Part shown: in pieces, positions 28,174 to 42,114 of the stretch
Position numbering within the stretch: the stretch's first letter is position 1
How the letters are laid out: each line of letters starts with the position of its first letter
Assembly (NCBI RefSeq): GCF_037042905.1
Contig: NC_087247.1
Span: 29,202,001 to 29,266,000 of the forward strand
Reading direction: 5' to 3'
DNA from: Lytechinus pictus
Lineage: Eukaryota
Length of the DNA stretch: 64,000 bases
Notes under the pieces: model-generated
What the model was told of the DNA's origin: nothing
The model's database searches: none
The model's input: the letters and a program-made list of their open reading frames with translations, nothing else
Position numbers and translations under genes: made by a program

Positions 28174-31100
28174 GTATGATTTAGANNNNNNNNNNNNNNN
28201 NNNNNNNNNNNNNNNNNNNNNNNNNNNNNNNNNNNNNNNNNNNNNNNNNNNNNNNNNNNNNNNNNNNNNNNNNNNNNNNNNNNNNNNNNNNNNNNNNNNN
28301 NNNNNNNNNNNNNNNNNNNNNNNNNNNNNNNNNNNNNNNNNNNNNNNNNNNNNNNNNNNNNNNNNNNNNNNNNNNNNNNNNNNNNNNNNNNNNNNNNNNN
28401 NATGGATACATAGACATATATATTGATTGATTAATATATGGGCATGATTGAACGGAGAGAGAATGCAGATAGATTAATGGATATACATGGTAGGGATTGA
28501 CATAAAGAAAGATGAGCAGGGTCGAAAAGAAAAGGGATGAAAATCTTTCATCATTCTATCCTCTAAATGCCTCTATTTATGCTTGCAAGCATGTAATATC
28601 GGAGTAACCCCCTCCCCTGCTCGTACCTATCCTTTTGCATGTTTTGTCGAATTTGTTCTCGACAACAGTCTCGTAAGACGGACAGAGAACAAGAGGCCAA
28701 CATGATGCCAAATGAAAATAATTGGCATGATTCGAAAAGCATTGTGGGAAATTGTGGTACTTTGAGCTGGCAAAAAAACGCATAACCTTCATTCTCCTGT
28801 AGTATTTGTCGCAAACCGCTTTTCCATGTAATTGCTTCTAGCAAAGTGAAGTTTCGAATGAAATTTAGAAATTACGAACGGCATGCATGACAGCATGAGA
28901 ATTTTGTAAAATTTTGTTTGATCAAATTTAAATGAAACTGATTTACTATTATGAAGTTACTTTAGTTGGTGTAAGACAACATAAAAACTAATATTTTATA
29001 GAGACAGTATATAGGGGTTGTCATTGTTATCATGACAATGACAATATTTTGTTGCCAAAATATGGGTTTGAAAACATCAACTTTTCACATTATCATAGCA
29101 GTCATATAAATTGAAGGATTTTCAAAAATAATATTAGCAAAGTTCGTGTTTGTTGAAAGTAGAGTACTAGAAATCATGCTGTTCTTTGCAGTGCAGTTGT
29201 GTTATTCAAGCTTGCATGCGCTTTTTCCCGCTTCCTGAAAGTATCACTTAGAGTTTTGCAAAATAGATGTTGTTGATGGATAATTTATATCACTGTCCGA
29301 ATGTGTATGATTTGTGGGCGTGGTAGCTTGAGCTTTCTATTTTCAATACTCCCCCCACACACACACACTCCTGCAACCCCACTCACCCTCACCGTCGTCG
29401 TCCAGATATCGACAGCCCTACGATCTCGTGCCAGGACAACATCACGACGTCGACCGACCCAGGGTTGAACTACGCCACCGTGATCATCGCCGATCCCGTT
29501 GTTGAGGATAATTCAGGGGACATCAAACTGAACCTACCCGACTCCTACCGTGTCTTCATCGGGGTGTCGGTCGTTCGCTTCGAGGCCGTGGATGATGGCG
29601 GGAATAGTGCTGCATGCTCTGTGTTTGTTACTGTCGAAGGTATTCTTGCATGCAAAAGCATCATCTTTTCTTGTCGCACAGACGTTGTTGATATAAGTAG
29701 GTTGCAAACTAAGGATAGAGAAAAAGAGAGCGAAAAAATACTTTGTGTTTAGTTTGAGACATTAGGCCAAATACAAAAAAAAAAATCGCTTGCAAGATTT
29801 TGCTTGAAAACCTATATACGCATGAGATCTGCAGTTGCTTACTTTTTCTTCAAGTATGTCATGTGAGCTTGAGCTCTTTGCTTGAGCGTTACATTAAGAA
29901 AAAAAATAGTCACAAATTTAAAGGTTCACGAAAGTAGAAGTGGACTTTACTTGAATAACTTTAAAAGAAAGTAATAATTTAACATTTTAAAAGCAATTCT
30001 ATACCCCAAGAAGATTGACGGCTTCCTCCTACCTGGGTGTATAAGGAAGCTATTTGATTCTGGTGGGGATCAAAAATAAAAATAAAGTATGTCACTATGT
30101 CTTTGGCTATTAAAAATGAAATCTATTCGCATTGACATGACCATGGCGACTGCTATTGTCAAATCCAAGGGCAAAGCTAGCTTATGGCAAGGGAAATACC
30201 TAAATTTACTAATCTAAATAGATTCTTTACGTGTACTCAGTACTCACTTAGAGCTAGCATTTGCTTTAGATTTTAGCATCAGATAAAATATTAAAGGTAT
30301 GTTACCATCTACCGTGGCTAACAAGAGTTTACTTTTCAAGCAATTACTTGATTTTATGGATACCGATTCAAGCAAGAGACGAAAAAGCATTGTTGTACTT
30401 TTTCAAAGAATATTCAATTGTTTGCACAACTTCCAATAATCCATTTTATAATGTTGAGAATCTTAAACTTTCGTTGTCATTTATAAGGACGGAATCAAAA
30501 TATAAATCAGTAAGAATGAAATTTCCGAACTCTTCTATCCAGAGATGAAAAGTCAAATATTGGGGGAAAAATCATTCTCTACAAATGTAAATCTGAAGTA
30601 CTATCGGTGTTCATAAGCGATAAGCAAATATGGATTGAGAAATCTCAAGTGCTAAAAAGGTTTTGACATACACAATTAATCTAGAGGCGGCGATCCGGGG
30701 GGCGGAGGTCACAGTGCCTCCCCCCACTTTTTGAAGCACTGAAAATGTGCCCTTTTTATGCAAGAAAGATGCCCCTCACGTACGTGTACTGTTGAACTGT
30801 GCCCCTTTCCCCTGAGAAGGACCCATTCTATGTGTCAGCAAGTGCCCCTTGCCTTCCTGTAAGTGCCCTTCTTGAATCAGAGCCCCTTTTTACCCAAGAA
30901 AAGTGCCCCACACGAACATGTTCTCTGCCCCTTTCACCTGAACGAGTGCCCCTTTGAAACAAGAAAACAATATTCTCATTTTTATATGTTACTACTTATA
31001 AAGGAAAAAAAACTTGTAAGAATAATCCTACGTGCCTTAAGTTTCATGAATTATGTGAGTTAGGTAAATAAGCAGTGGCGCACAGATAGAAAAAAAAGAG

Positions 31101-34100
31101 AAAAGGAAAGAGAGAAGGGTAAAATGTAATATTATTTTCTGAATATTATGTCAACATTTTTTTTGGCTCATTACACCACTGTAGATAATTCTTTTTTTTC
31201 TTTGTTTTAAGATAGTGCCCTTTTTGAAAGAAAAGGTGCCCTCTTTTCCCTGTGCCCCACACTTTCAACTTTGCTCCGCCGCCCCTGAGTTAATCATTAA
31301 AAAATATTGCTTTTTGAGTCCCAACTTGTGAGGATCTATTAGTTTAGTTTGTATACTTTCTGTTAGGCGTTTGCTTACAGTTTGCTTGATATCCCTTTAT
31401 ATTTTCTTCTTAATGTGTGTCTTAAAACGAAGATTGATAACTTAAACTATCCTTTTATTCCCTGTTTTATTGTTTTTTTTCCAAATTTACAAATACTTTT
31501 TCTTCTGTTTTATGTTAAAGAATTACACTTTGTATTTGAGTCATGCCGATTTGCAACCGTTTTTTGTTGTTGTTTTGCTACATATTGCATGTCTATACTA
31601 TTATTCCACCGGAAATTCATTTAAATGTCACAGAAATCCACTTGAAAGACTCTGTGGATCATAATATACCTAAATATATGATTTAAATTATTTATTTTTC
31701 TTATAGCCTTAGTGATTTTTAGGTATCACTGCATGTATTGGAATATAATTCTAATTGCATTTTTTCTGAAATAAATGACATCAAATATTGTTGGGCCTAT
31801 TCAGCATTTTTATCAAGTCGACCAATTATCGTTTCATTTGATATTATTAAGAGGTTATGCCGTATATATCCAGGGAAAAACACTTTCAAGAAGGAATCGC
31901 AAGTGTTAAGATTTCTCAAAATAATTTTAACAAGTGATTAACATTTTACATCTTAATAAACAGTAATAGATGGTATTTTGCTAAATCAAAAGCAACATAG
32001 TGAAGTTCTTATAGGGCCAGGCGTCCAGAAGTATGGTACCCCGCCCCTATCCCCTCCCCATCTACCCTTAATATTCTAAAGCATATCTATGATTCCCCTT
32101 CTTTCAGACACGGAGCCACCTAGCCTCTCCTGCTTAGGTACACTAAACGTCACCAACGATCCAGGACTCAACTACGCAGTGGTTACCTGGGATGACATTG
32201 AGATCGAAGATAATTCCGGACAGTTCGTCAGCAACGGTCCCAGCTACCCGTCGGGGACAAAGTTTCCCATTGGACAGACCACAGTGCAAGTCTCTGCTTC
32301 CGACTTGAGTTCCAACATCGGGACCTGCTCCTTCGTCGTCGTTGTTCGTGGTAATGTTTATATTCCTCAGTTATGTAGCTATATATAGCATCTACGTGAG
32401 GAGATGGCAATATATTTTATTGTCGACTTAACAACATTACGTGATATATTTATATTAGTGCCAAGTTGATTTAAAAGTTGACATGGCGAGATATTCCCTT
32501 ACCAGGTAGACTTGTAAAAGGTTACATGTCATCATAGGGAGTTACGTTATCTAGTGTAACTTGTCATATCAATTACATACACCGACTCCAGCTGGAAAAC
32601 TGGACTTCTTTCTATCAGGAATTTGTCAAAATAAACGGCCAGTCTTTAGATTAATTACAGGTTTTTACTCTGTACTGTTAATATATATAACCGAGAACAT
32701 GGTCATCATTGATCAGGCCAACACTATTGATAAGACCTACAAAGTCATCAGTATTTTTTTTCAAACACTTAGGCTTTCCTTTGCAACAACGAAGGAAGAA
32801 AAAATATGTTAATTAACAAAGTTGCAATTCTTTTAGCTCGAAGAGACCGTATCAGTAAGTGTCTTGTGTTATACTTTCACAAGTTTCCTCACAAATCAAA
32901 TTGTTGCATCAGGATAAAAGAAAAGAATCTCACAAAAATAAGACAATTAATGTTTAGTGATCCCTTCACTCTCCAGATGTCGAACCTCCTACTCTCATCT
33001 GTGCTGAGGACTTCACCACCCCCACCGATCCCGGTGCCTTCTACGCTGACGTAATGATCACCCCACCCACTGTCCAAGACAACTCCAACCCTCTTATAAA
33101 CCAGAGCGAGGCATACCCAGTCAGACTCGTTATAGGGTCCTCTGCCATCACTTTCAGTGCCAAGGATGGCGCGGGCAACCTGGCCGAGTGTACTGTGGTT
33201 ATCACAGTCTTAGGTAATTCAGAGAACTCCGAGAGAACTCCCTGAACGTAACTATTTACGAATATTTAGGAATACCTTTGACATCGAAAAATGTATTGTG
33301 ATTGTGATATTTCACTCTTTTCGCAGGTCTTTATGGTAATCATAATAGAATAGATTTGAGATTCTTTTAAAGTAATCGTTTTATTGCAAATCCACTATTA
33401 ATATTTATAAAAGAGAAACATTGAGTAGGGGGTAAAGCAAGGAGAGTTAGAGAGGAGAGAAGGGGAGGGAGGAGACAGAAGAAAAGAAAATAGTGGCTGA
33501 AAATTAAGCTGATGACACCGAAATACATGCATATGTATGTTTAATGTCTTATAGTAATTGCAATGGTGCCCACCTCAGTAGAAATTAATTTTCAAGTCTG
33601 AATTAGCTTCATATTATACAGCGCATTAAAATGACGACTAACGATTCTTTCTTCAACCAGACGTGGAACCTCCAGAGCTGGTGTGCCCAGATGACATCGT
33701 TGTCAGTGCTCAACCCAACCAAGATACGACAGCGGTGCTGTGGGTGGAACCCACCGCGACAGATAACTCTCAGAACCCCGTCTCCACACCAATCGGCGAC
33801 TTCCCCTCCGGGTCGGTCTTCTCGATCGGCACGACACCTGTGACGTTCACGGCCTCTGATGTCTACGGGAATATCGGGAGCTGCATCCTACAGGTGACCG
33901 TCCTTGGTAAGTCTTCTAAATTCACTCTTTTTGTCTGCGGAGTCAAATTTGACTAGGAATGGAGCCACCTCGGACTCAAAGTGACTCAGATTCCCAATGT
34001 ATTGGACATCAGCTGAAAATCTCAATTCTGAGTCAAAAAGCAAATCGGAAACGAGTCATTTTGACTCGGAACAGAGTTGACTCCCGTCTAACGTGTGCCA

Positions 34101-37100
34101 TATCTTATTCAAATTGAAATCATAAGAAAAAAAAGCGTAGAATTATTGTATTTTGCAGATTCATATTGTCTAGTTACGTTCCATATGGGGGATATTGCAT
34201 TTAAAGTAGATTATCATCCAAATAATAGGTCCTAGTTATTCTCAGAGCTGTTTGAATCAGAGATAGTGTACAACAATACTTAAAGAGCTTTTACTATCTA
34301 CCTCTTCTGAGCAGTGAAGCTTTTATTACGTTCAGTAGGCAATTAAAGTGACTCGACATATAGTCAGTGAATTACTGATAGAACAAGACAGCCGAAAGAC
34401 CAATGAGAGACCGTGAATATCTGAAACAGACTGGGTCCTTACAATAGCCTTTCAGTGAAATTTCAATGCTCTCGTATTGATCTTTGACGCTTCCAGACTG
34501 GGCTTTAGTGGTTATCGGGGTCTCTAATGGCTCGCTATTTTTGGAAAGACTCAAAATGGTCTTTTAGCGGTCTTTTGGCAAAACGGCATTTCAGTGGTCT
34601 TTTAGCAGCCTCTCAATGAACTGTCAAAAATCTTCTTTCTATGATCCTTCGACAGTCTTTCAGATGTTCTGTGGAAATCACTGAAAGGCTTCTGAGAGAT
34701 TCTTGAAAGATCACTGAAGAACAGTGAATTTCATCTAAAGATTGCCGAAAAATCTTTTGTTGCATACAAGATCTCCTAAAAACAATTGAAACTCTATTGG
34801 AAGACTATAAAGAACACTGTAGAACGAGTCTAACTCAGCAAGACGAAAAGTATCGGTCAGTCTTTTTTCTAGAAGTGCTTGGAAAGTCTTTCAGAGTTCT
34901 TTCATCAGTCTATCAGTTTTTCGGAGTTACTGCAGTTCCTTTCAAAGATCTCTGGTAGTGTGCCAGATTATCTTCCAAAAGTCTTATTGATCTCTCGGTA
35001 AACGTTCAGCCGTTTGCAAGATCCTAAGGTAATCTTGCTGAAAATGCTGGGGTTTTTTTTGTCTTTGAGCAGTCTTTCGGGGGTTTTCAGAGGCATTCCA
35101 CAGAGATTCAGTGATTTTGAGGACTTCTGAAAGACATTTAAAGTGTCTCCATCTTGTATAATATGGGCCTGATTTATAGCCTACACAAGGCCGTAAATTT
35201 TCCGTTGCAAGCTTAATCTACATCTACCTAAGACGTTCTATAGACACCTAAATAATGGACAAGATTTACATTTCATAATTTTCTAGGTACCCTTTATTGG
35301 AGTAATTATTTTTGCAAACATTTTGTAATTTTATTGAGTATTAAGGCTCGAATGAAGTGTATACCATCTTTCCCAATGCAGATTTTGACGAGTGTGAGAC
35401 TGTGTTTAATCAGTGCAATGGGAATGCCGAATGTACCAATACTCCAGGGGGCTACACGTGCCAGTGTAATGCTGGTTATAGCGGTGACGGGTTCACCTGC
35501 CTAGGTATGTAAAAAGGAGTTATCGCCCCGCCACGCACGACGGATTCAAGAACATAGAAAATGTATTGAAAATGTTTGTCAAATGACAATGAGCCGTTGG
35601 AGGTCTTTGTCAAAAATTATTGTGGAACCGGAACAGCAGTTTCGTCCTTAGTTTCAGAGCTGACGAAAAATTGTAAATATGCCGTTTGTCTAGAGTCCAG
35701 GACGAAACTGCTGTTTTGATTCACCGATTTTTGACAAAGACTTCGTGGTTGTTCATTGTCGTGCAGGGTATTAGACAATACAATTTCTATGTTCTTGAAT
35801 TTTTCGTGAGTCGTGGAGCTAAAACTTGCTAATGACTTAATATCTTATCTCCCACTTTCCTGGTATATAAGCAGATATCGTGAATACCCATATGCTCTGC
35901 TATCAATTTGATCTTAATGCCGTTTGGACTATAGGCTAATTCTCATTCAATCTAAACCCAAGATAACAACAACAACAACATAGTGCCTAATTGGTTCCAT
36001 GACATTTGCTCCAGCGACAAATGCTCCGCTCTAAATTCCACACACTACTGTAATCTAATGACCAACTTCAACCCTGGGTTTAACACTATACCCTACCCTA
36101 AACTGCTAAACCCAACCTTAAACTTAACTTAAAATCCTATTGCAACACTAACCCTACATTTTAGACGAAATGAAGCCCGGAGTAATTGTCAAAGGAGCAA
36201 ATTTCTTGTCACCTCCTAATTGGCCTAGTTTTATTACAAAATAACACGTAAATTTTGATAAAGAAAACATGAAATCAGCAACTTTATCTCTGAAATATTA
36301 TCTAACGATAAAAGAGAGTAATAAATCTTACTTTACTCCCTTTACTATGTTTACTTAGTACTATTAAGTGAGAGATATCATATATTCCTTTCGTTTCCTT
36401 CTCTCCGTCATTCTCTTTTATGCATGGGTGACTTGATTAGCATTTTTATATCATGTTTAATTTCTGGCAACATGGGAGGCTGCTGTAAACATTGTGATGC
36501 GCTTTTCGCCCAAAATTTATTTCTATTATCTACAAAATGACGATCACGAATTCTACTAAATCTTGATTATTCCCTTTGTAGAAATCGATGAATGTACAAC
36601 GAACGATCACAACTGCGACTCCAATGCTGACTGCGTCAACACAGACGGTAGTTTTGAATGTCAGTGCATGGACGGCTACTTGGGTGATGGATTTACATGC
36701 CAAGGTGAGATGATTAATGATAATATCAATGATATAACTATATACTTTCAANNNNNNNNNNNNNNNNNNNNNNNNNNNNNNNNNNNNNNNNNNNNNNNNN
36801 NNNNNNNNNNNNNNNNNNNNNNNNNNNNNNNNNNNNNNNNNNNNNNNNNNNNNNNNNNNNNNNNNNNNNNNNNNNNNNNNNNNNNNNNNNNNNNNNNNNN
36901 NNNNNNNNNNNNNNNNNNNNNNNNNNNNNNNNNNNNNNNNNNNNNNNNNNNNNNNNNNNNNNNNNNNNNNNNNNNNNNNNNNNNNNNNNNNNNNNNNNNN
37001 NNNNNNNNNNNNNNNNNNNNNNNNNNNNNNNNNNNNNNNNNNNNNNNNNNNNNNNNNNNNNNNNNNNNNNNNNNNNNNNNNNNNNNNNNNNNNNNTACTA

Positions 37101-37946
37101 CTACTTCTACTACTACTAATAATAATAATAAAAATAATAATAGTTATTATAATAATGATAATTGTAGGCATTTAGTATGGTCATGTGTATATAAATAATA
37201 TTTTCCTATTTGCACCATTAGGGCTACTGTTTATGATGCTATTGCGTTTTATTTATAGAATTACCAGGATTTTATATATCACATCTATTAATATTTTTTA
37301 AAACTTCGTGAATGGGATGAGATCAATGTATCAATCACGTAAATACAGAATTCACATTAAAATAGCGTTATTTACTTTAGGAAAAGAATAAGAAGACACC
37401 CTCTCGCGTCAATCAGAAAGTAATGCACAAAAATTTAGTTATATTTTGATTTTCTTATTATAGATATCAATGAATGTGACTTGGACCTATCAGATTGTCA
37501 TCCACTAGCTGAATGTAATAATACAATAGGGTCGTATACATGTACCTGTGTGTCAGGGTATACAGGAAATGGGATACAGTGCANNNNNNNNNNNNNNNNN
37601 NNNNNNNNNNNNNNNNNNNNNNNNNNNNNNNNNNNNNNNNNNNNNNNNNNNNNNNNNNNNNNNNNNNNNNNNNNNNNNNNNNNNNNNNNNNNNNNNNNNN
37701 NNNNNNNNNNNNNNNNNNNNNNNNNNNNNNNNNNNNNNNNNNNNNNNNNNNNNNNNNNNNNNNNNNNNNNNNNNNNNNNNNNNNNNNNNNNNNNNNNNNN
37801 NNTTGACTAATCGATTGATATCTTGATTGATTGCTTGCTTGATTGATTGATTGAATGATTGATTGGTTGGTTGTTGGATGATTGACTTATTGATTGATTG
37901 ATTGCTTGATTGATTGATCGGTTGATTGGTTGATTGGTTGATTGAT

Positions 37947-37986
<40 letters not shown>

Positions 37987-40900
37987 GGCGAACGGTTTTC
38001 AACCATCTTCCAAGAGGATACATTGGAAGTTGAATAAAGTAATTGGTTGAATAATTAGCTTCTTGATGATTTATTATCACGTATATGCTGAATATTTGAA
38101 TTGCATCTAATTAGATCTCATTCTTAAGAATAATGTATACGAAACAACAGAATCATACAAGTTAATAAATGATTAATTATACGTTCATAAGTTGACTGAC
38201 TGATTGATCAATAGTTCAAATATTGATGGATTGATTTGTTTGATAATAATATACCTATTCTTCATGTGCATGTCAGAACATACGGTCATAATCACATTTT
38301 CTTCCCATTTATCCCTATTTTAACTTTCCCTTAGATATTGACGAATGTACCACAGGCGACCACGGGTGCGACATCAATGCGGACTGCGTCGACTCTGATG
38401 GGGCGTTTGAATGTCAGTGTCGAGATGGTTATACGGGAAATGGAGTGACTTGTACAGGTATATAATACAGTATATCGGTTGGCATTTGATTGGCTATGTA
38501 TGTGTTGTGTACAGTGCTGTCAACAGAACAAAATATGTGTAAGAAATCATTTAGCCAAGGCGTTTCCTGTCTGTAATTTTCTTCAGCAGAATGAGTTTTT
38601 AGAGGGATAATTGTAAGATATTTTGAATGAAAGTCCGTGAATATTATAATTCAATCCAGTAAACTTGAAATATTAATTAGTTATAAATCTTTTACTGGAA
38701 TTTTGTGAATTGTAAAGCTGAAACTCACAATTCTCTGGAGTCGTGACATTTCNNNNNNNNNNNNNNNNNNNNNNNNNNNNNNNNNNNNNNNNNNNNNNNN
38801 NNNNNNNNNNNNNNNNNNNNNNNNNNNNNNNNNNNNNNNNNNNNNNNNNNNNNNNNNNNNNNNNNNNNNNNNNNNNNNNNNNNNNNNNNNNNNNNNNNNN
38901 NNNNNNNNNNNNNNNNNNNNNNNNNNNNNNNNNNNNNNNNNNNNNNNNNNNAAGAAGAATGAATATTAGTAATAATATGTATGGTCATGTATTTAGAAAT
39001 TATCTAATACGAGGTGCATCATTAGGCCTGCTGGTCATGATGTTATTGTTATTATAAATAACTTAAATCTATTACGTAAAAACAGAAAACATTGAAATTA
39101 TGTTATTTATTCTGGGAAAAGAATACGAACACGCCCTCTCTCGTCAAACAGAAAGTAGTGCACAAAAATTTAGTTATATTTTGATTTTCTTATTATAGAT
39201 ATCAATGAATGTGACTTGGACCTATCAGAATGCCATCCACTAGCTGAATGTAATAATACAATAGGATCGTATACATGTACTTGTGTGTCAGGGTATACTG
39301 GAAATGGGATACAGTGCACAAGTAAGTTTGATATTGATATATAAATTTAATGAGAAAAAAGTAGTAGAAGGAGCGGTTGATTGATAGATATATTGATTGA
39401 TAGATTGATTTATTTATTTATTCATTCATTGATATATTGAAAAAAATATTGATTGACTGATTAATTGCCTGATGACGAACGGTTTTCAACCATCTTTCAA
39501 GAAGATACTGATTTATTGATTGGTGGATTGATATACGTTTGATAATAATATACCTTTTCCAGATGCGCATGTCACAATCATAATAGGGTCATAATCACTT
39601 TTATTTTCGCCCCGTTTATCCTCCTTTCACTTCCTCAAAGATATTGACGAATGTACCACGGGCGATCACTTGTGCGACATCAATGCGGATTGCGTCGACT
39701 CTGCTGGGGCGTTTGAATGTCAGTGTCGAGATGGTTATACGGGAAATGGAACAACGTGTACAGGTAAATTTTGTATTATGGTCTGAAGTCCCATATATAT
39801 TGTAGGTAAGGAATTATTATGTGAATTTTTTTTACTACGATGACATGACAAGTTTTTAACCATTATCAGCAGAACAGGATTATAAACCTATCATTTTTTG
39901 TTTTGCCAACACATGTCCTGTCTGTCATTCTTATTTGTTTATCAGCAAATTAGTTTGAGTTTTAGAGGGATAATCAATAAAGATATGACAAACAATGAAA
40001 GCATTTTTTTAGTTAAAAATGTTTCCAAAGCTAATGAGGGGTGGATTATTGGACATAATAGGGACGAGGGTTGCATTTATTAAAAACATCGCATTATGCG
40101 GATGAATCAGGAAAAAAATCTATTCTTATCGGCAATGAAGGTAAAGGCGCCGTGGTCTAGTGGCTTTGATGCTCGTCTGTCAGTCACATGGTTGTAGGTT
40201 ACAATTGAAGCCACGTATTGCGATTTGGNNNNNNNNNNNNNNNNNNNNNNNNNNNNNNNNNNNNNNNNNNNNNNNNNNNNNNNNNNNNNNNNNNNNNNNN
40301 NNNNNNNNNNNNNNNNNNNNNNNNNNNNNNNNNNNNNNNNNNNNNNNNNNNNNNNNNNNNNNNNNNNNNNNNNNNNNNNNNNNNNNNNNNNNNNNNNNNN
40401 NNNNNNNNNNNNNNNNNNNNNNNNNNNNNNNNNNNNNNNNNNNNNNNNNNNNNNNNNNNNNNNNNNNNNNNNNNNNNNNNNNNNNNNNNNNNNNNNNNNN
40501 NNNNNNNNNNNNNNNNNNNNNNNNNNNNNNNNNNNNNNNNNNNNNNNNNNNNNNNNNNNNNNNNNNNNNNNAGTAGTAGTAAGCAGCGGTAGTAGTAGTA
40601 TAGTATCATAATTTCTTATTACTGATAATTATTATGATGATTATTAATTATTACTATTATTTTTATTATCATTATTATAAATTATCATTTATTGTTATTA
40701 TATTACCTTTATGATTAACATTATTATAATTTAATTTGTGGTTCTCTCTAGATATCAACGAATGTACTTCAGGTGATTCTAACTGTGATGAGAATGCAGA
40801 ATGTACAAACGCCGATGGTTCGTTCGTATGTCAGTGTGTAACAGGATTCTCAGGCGATGGGACTACATGCGATGGTGTGTGTCTTAGGGTCATTTGAGAA

Positions 40901-42039
40901 ATATGACTTTTGGTTTATGACATTATGAATATCATCAGCCAAGAATATTACATAATCATTATTGTTACATAGTAGCGGTAGTAGATAGGAGAATCCTTCA
41001 TCTTCTAAAATGTTAAAGCTGCTTCAAGATGTTGAGGATAAATGCAGGAGCAGTGGAACTGGGGAAAGGGGAGTGTACAGTGACCCCCCCCCCCCCCCTC
41101 ACACACAATTTTGCAATAACCATGTACTAAAGCGTGAAAATGTTAAAACGTTCTGGCTCTTGCAGAAAATGCATTTACAAGCACAAAGAAGATGTGAAAA
41201 TAAAAGGAATATATAAATAAGTAGGCGCTTACTTCCCGGGGGGGGCACTCAGTATATAATGCATAGTGGGTATGTGCCGCGGAGGGGACCCCCATTTTTG
41301 CACTCAAATTTCCGTTCCAAGGCATAGCATTTTTGTCTTTTTTTAGAAAAAGAACAAAGAAAGCCGCTCCAAGGCATAGCGTTTCCTTCTTATCGAGAAA
41401 AAAGAAGAGAGAAATCCGTTCCAAAGCTTCGCATATTTTTCGTTACGCCGTTCCGGTCGCATTGATCTGCTACGAGGAGCTGCAATTTTGGTGAAAAGCG
41501 GCCGTAGAGCGCTTTTCGACCATCGCCTAAGCCCGAGCGCACCCGGCGGAGGCCGCGCTAGCTGCGTCATGCACGATTGCCCGTTCCATAGGGATGCATA
41601 CGCACTCACAGAGATACGGAGATCCGTTCCGAGGACCCCCGTTTTCACAAACATTTGTAGTTCCGAAGCCCGTTCCGAGGGCCTCCTTTTTACAATAAGC
41701 CCGCTCCAAGGCCCCCGTTTTTGCCTCGCCCGCGGCACACCCCTACCACTTTTTTGGTCGAGTGCCCCCCCCCCCCCGGGGCTTACTTAAAGATTGTAGG
41801 TTGGGTGGATGTCTCAGAATCACTTACATTCTATTCCAGTTAACTTAAATTTTCACTTGTATTTATTTTTTTTTTCTTCAGATATTGACGAATGCAGTTT
41901 AGTTCAAGATATATGTGATGAGAATGCCGAGTGTACAAACACAGACGGCTCGTTTGTCTGTGAATGCCTAACAGGATTCACAGGCGATGTGACTACATGC
42001 GACGGTATGTAATCTTTTTTGGAATCATTACATATACAG

Positions 42040-42114
<75 letters not shown>

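Noticed and set aside
34330-35140. Region rich in TCTTTCAG/CTGAAAGA-like words
   Set aside because: Looks like an old degenerate palindromic repeat; no termini or TSD could be defined
41343-41790. Overlapping GC-rich ORFs on both strands
   Set aside because: Lie inside a 546-bp non-autonomous element; no transposase motifs
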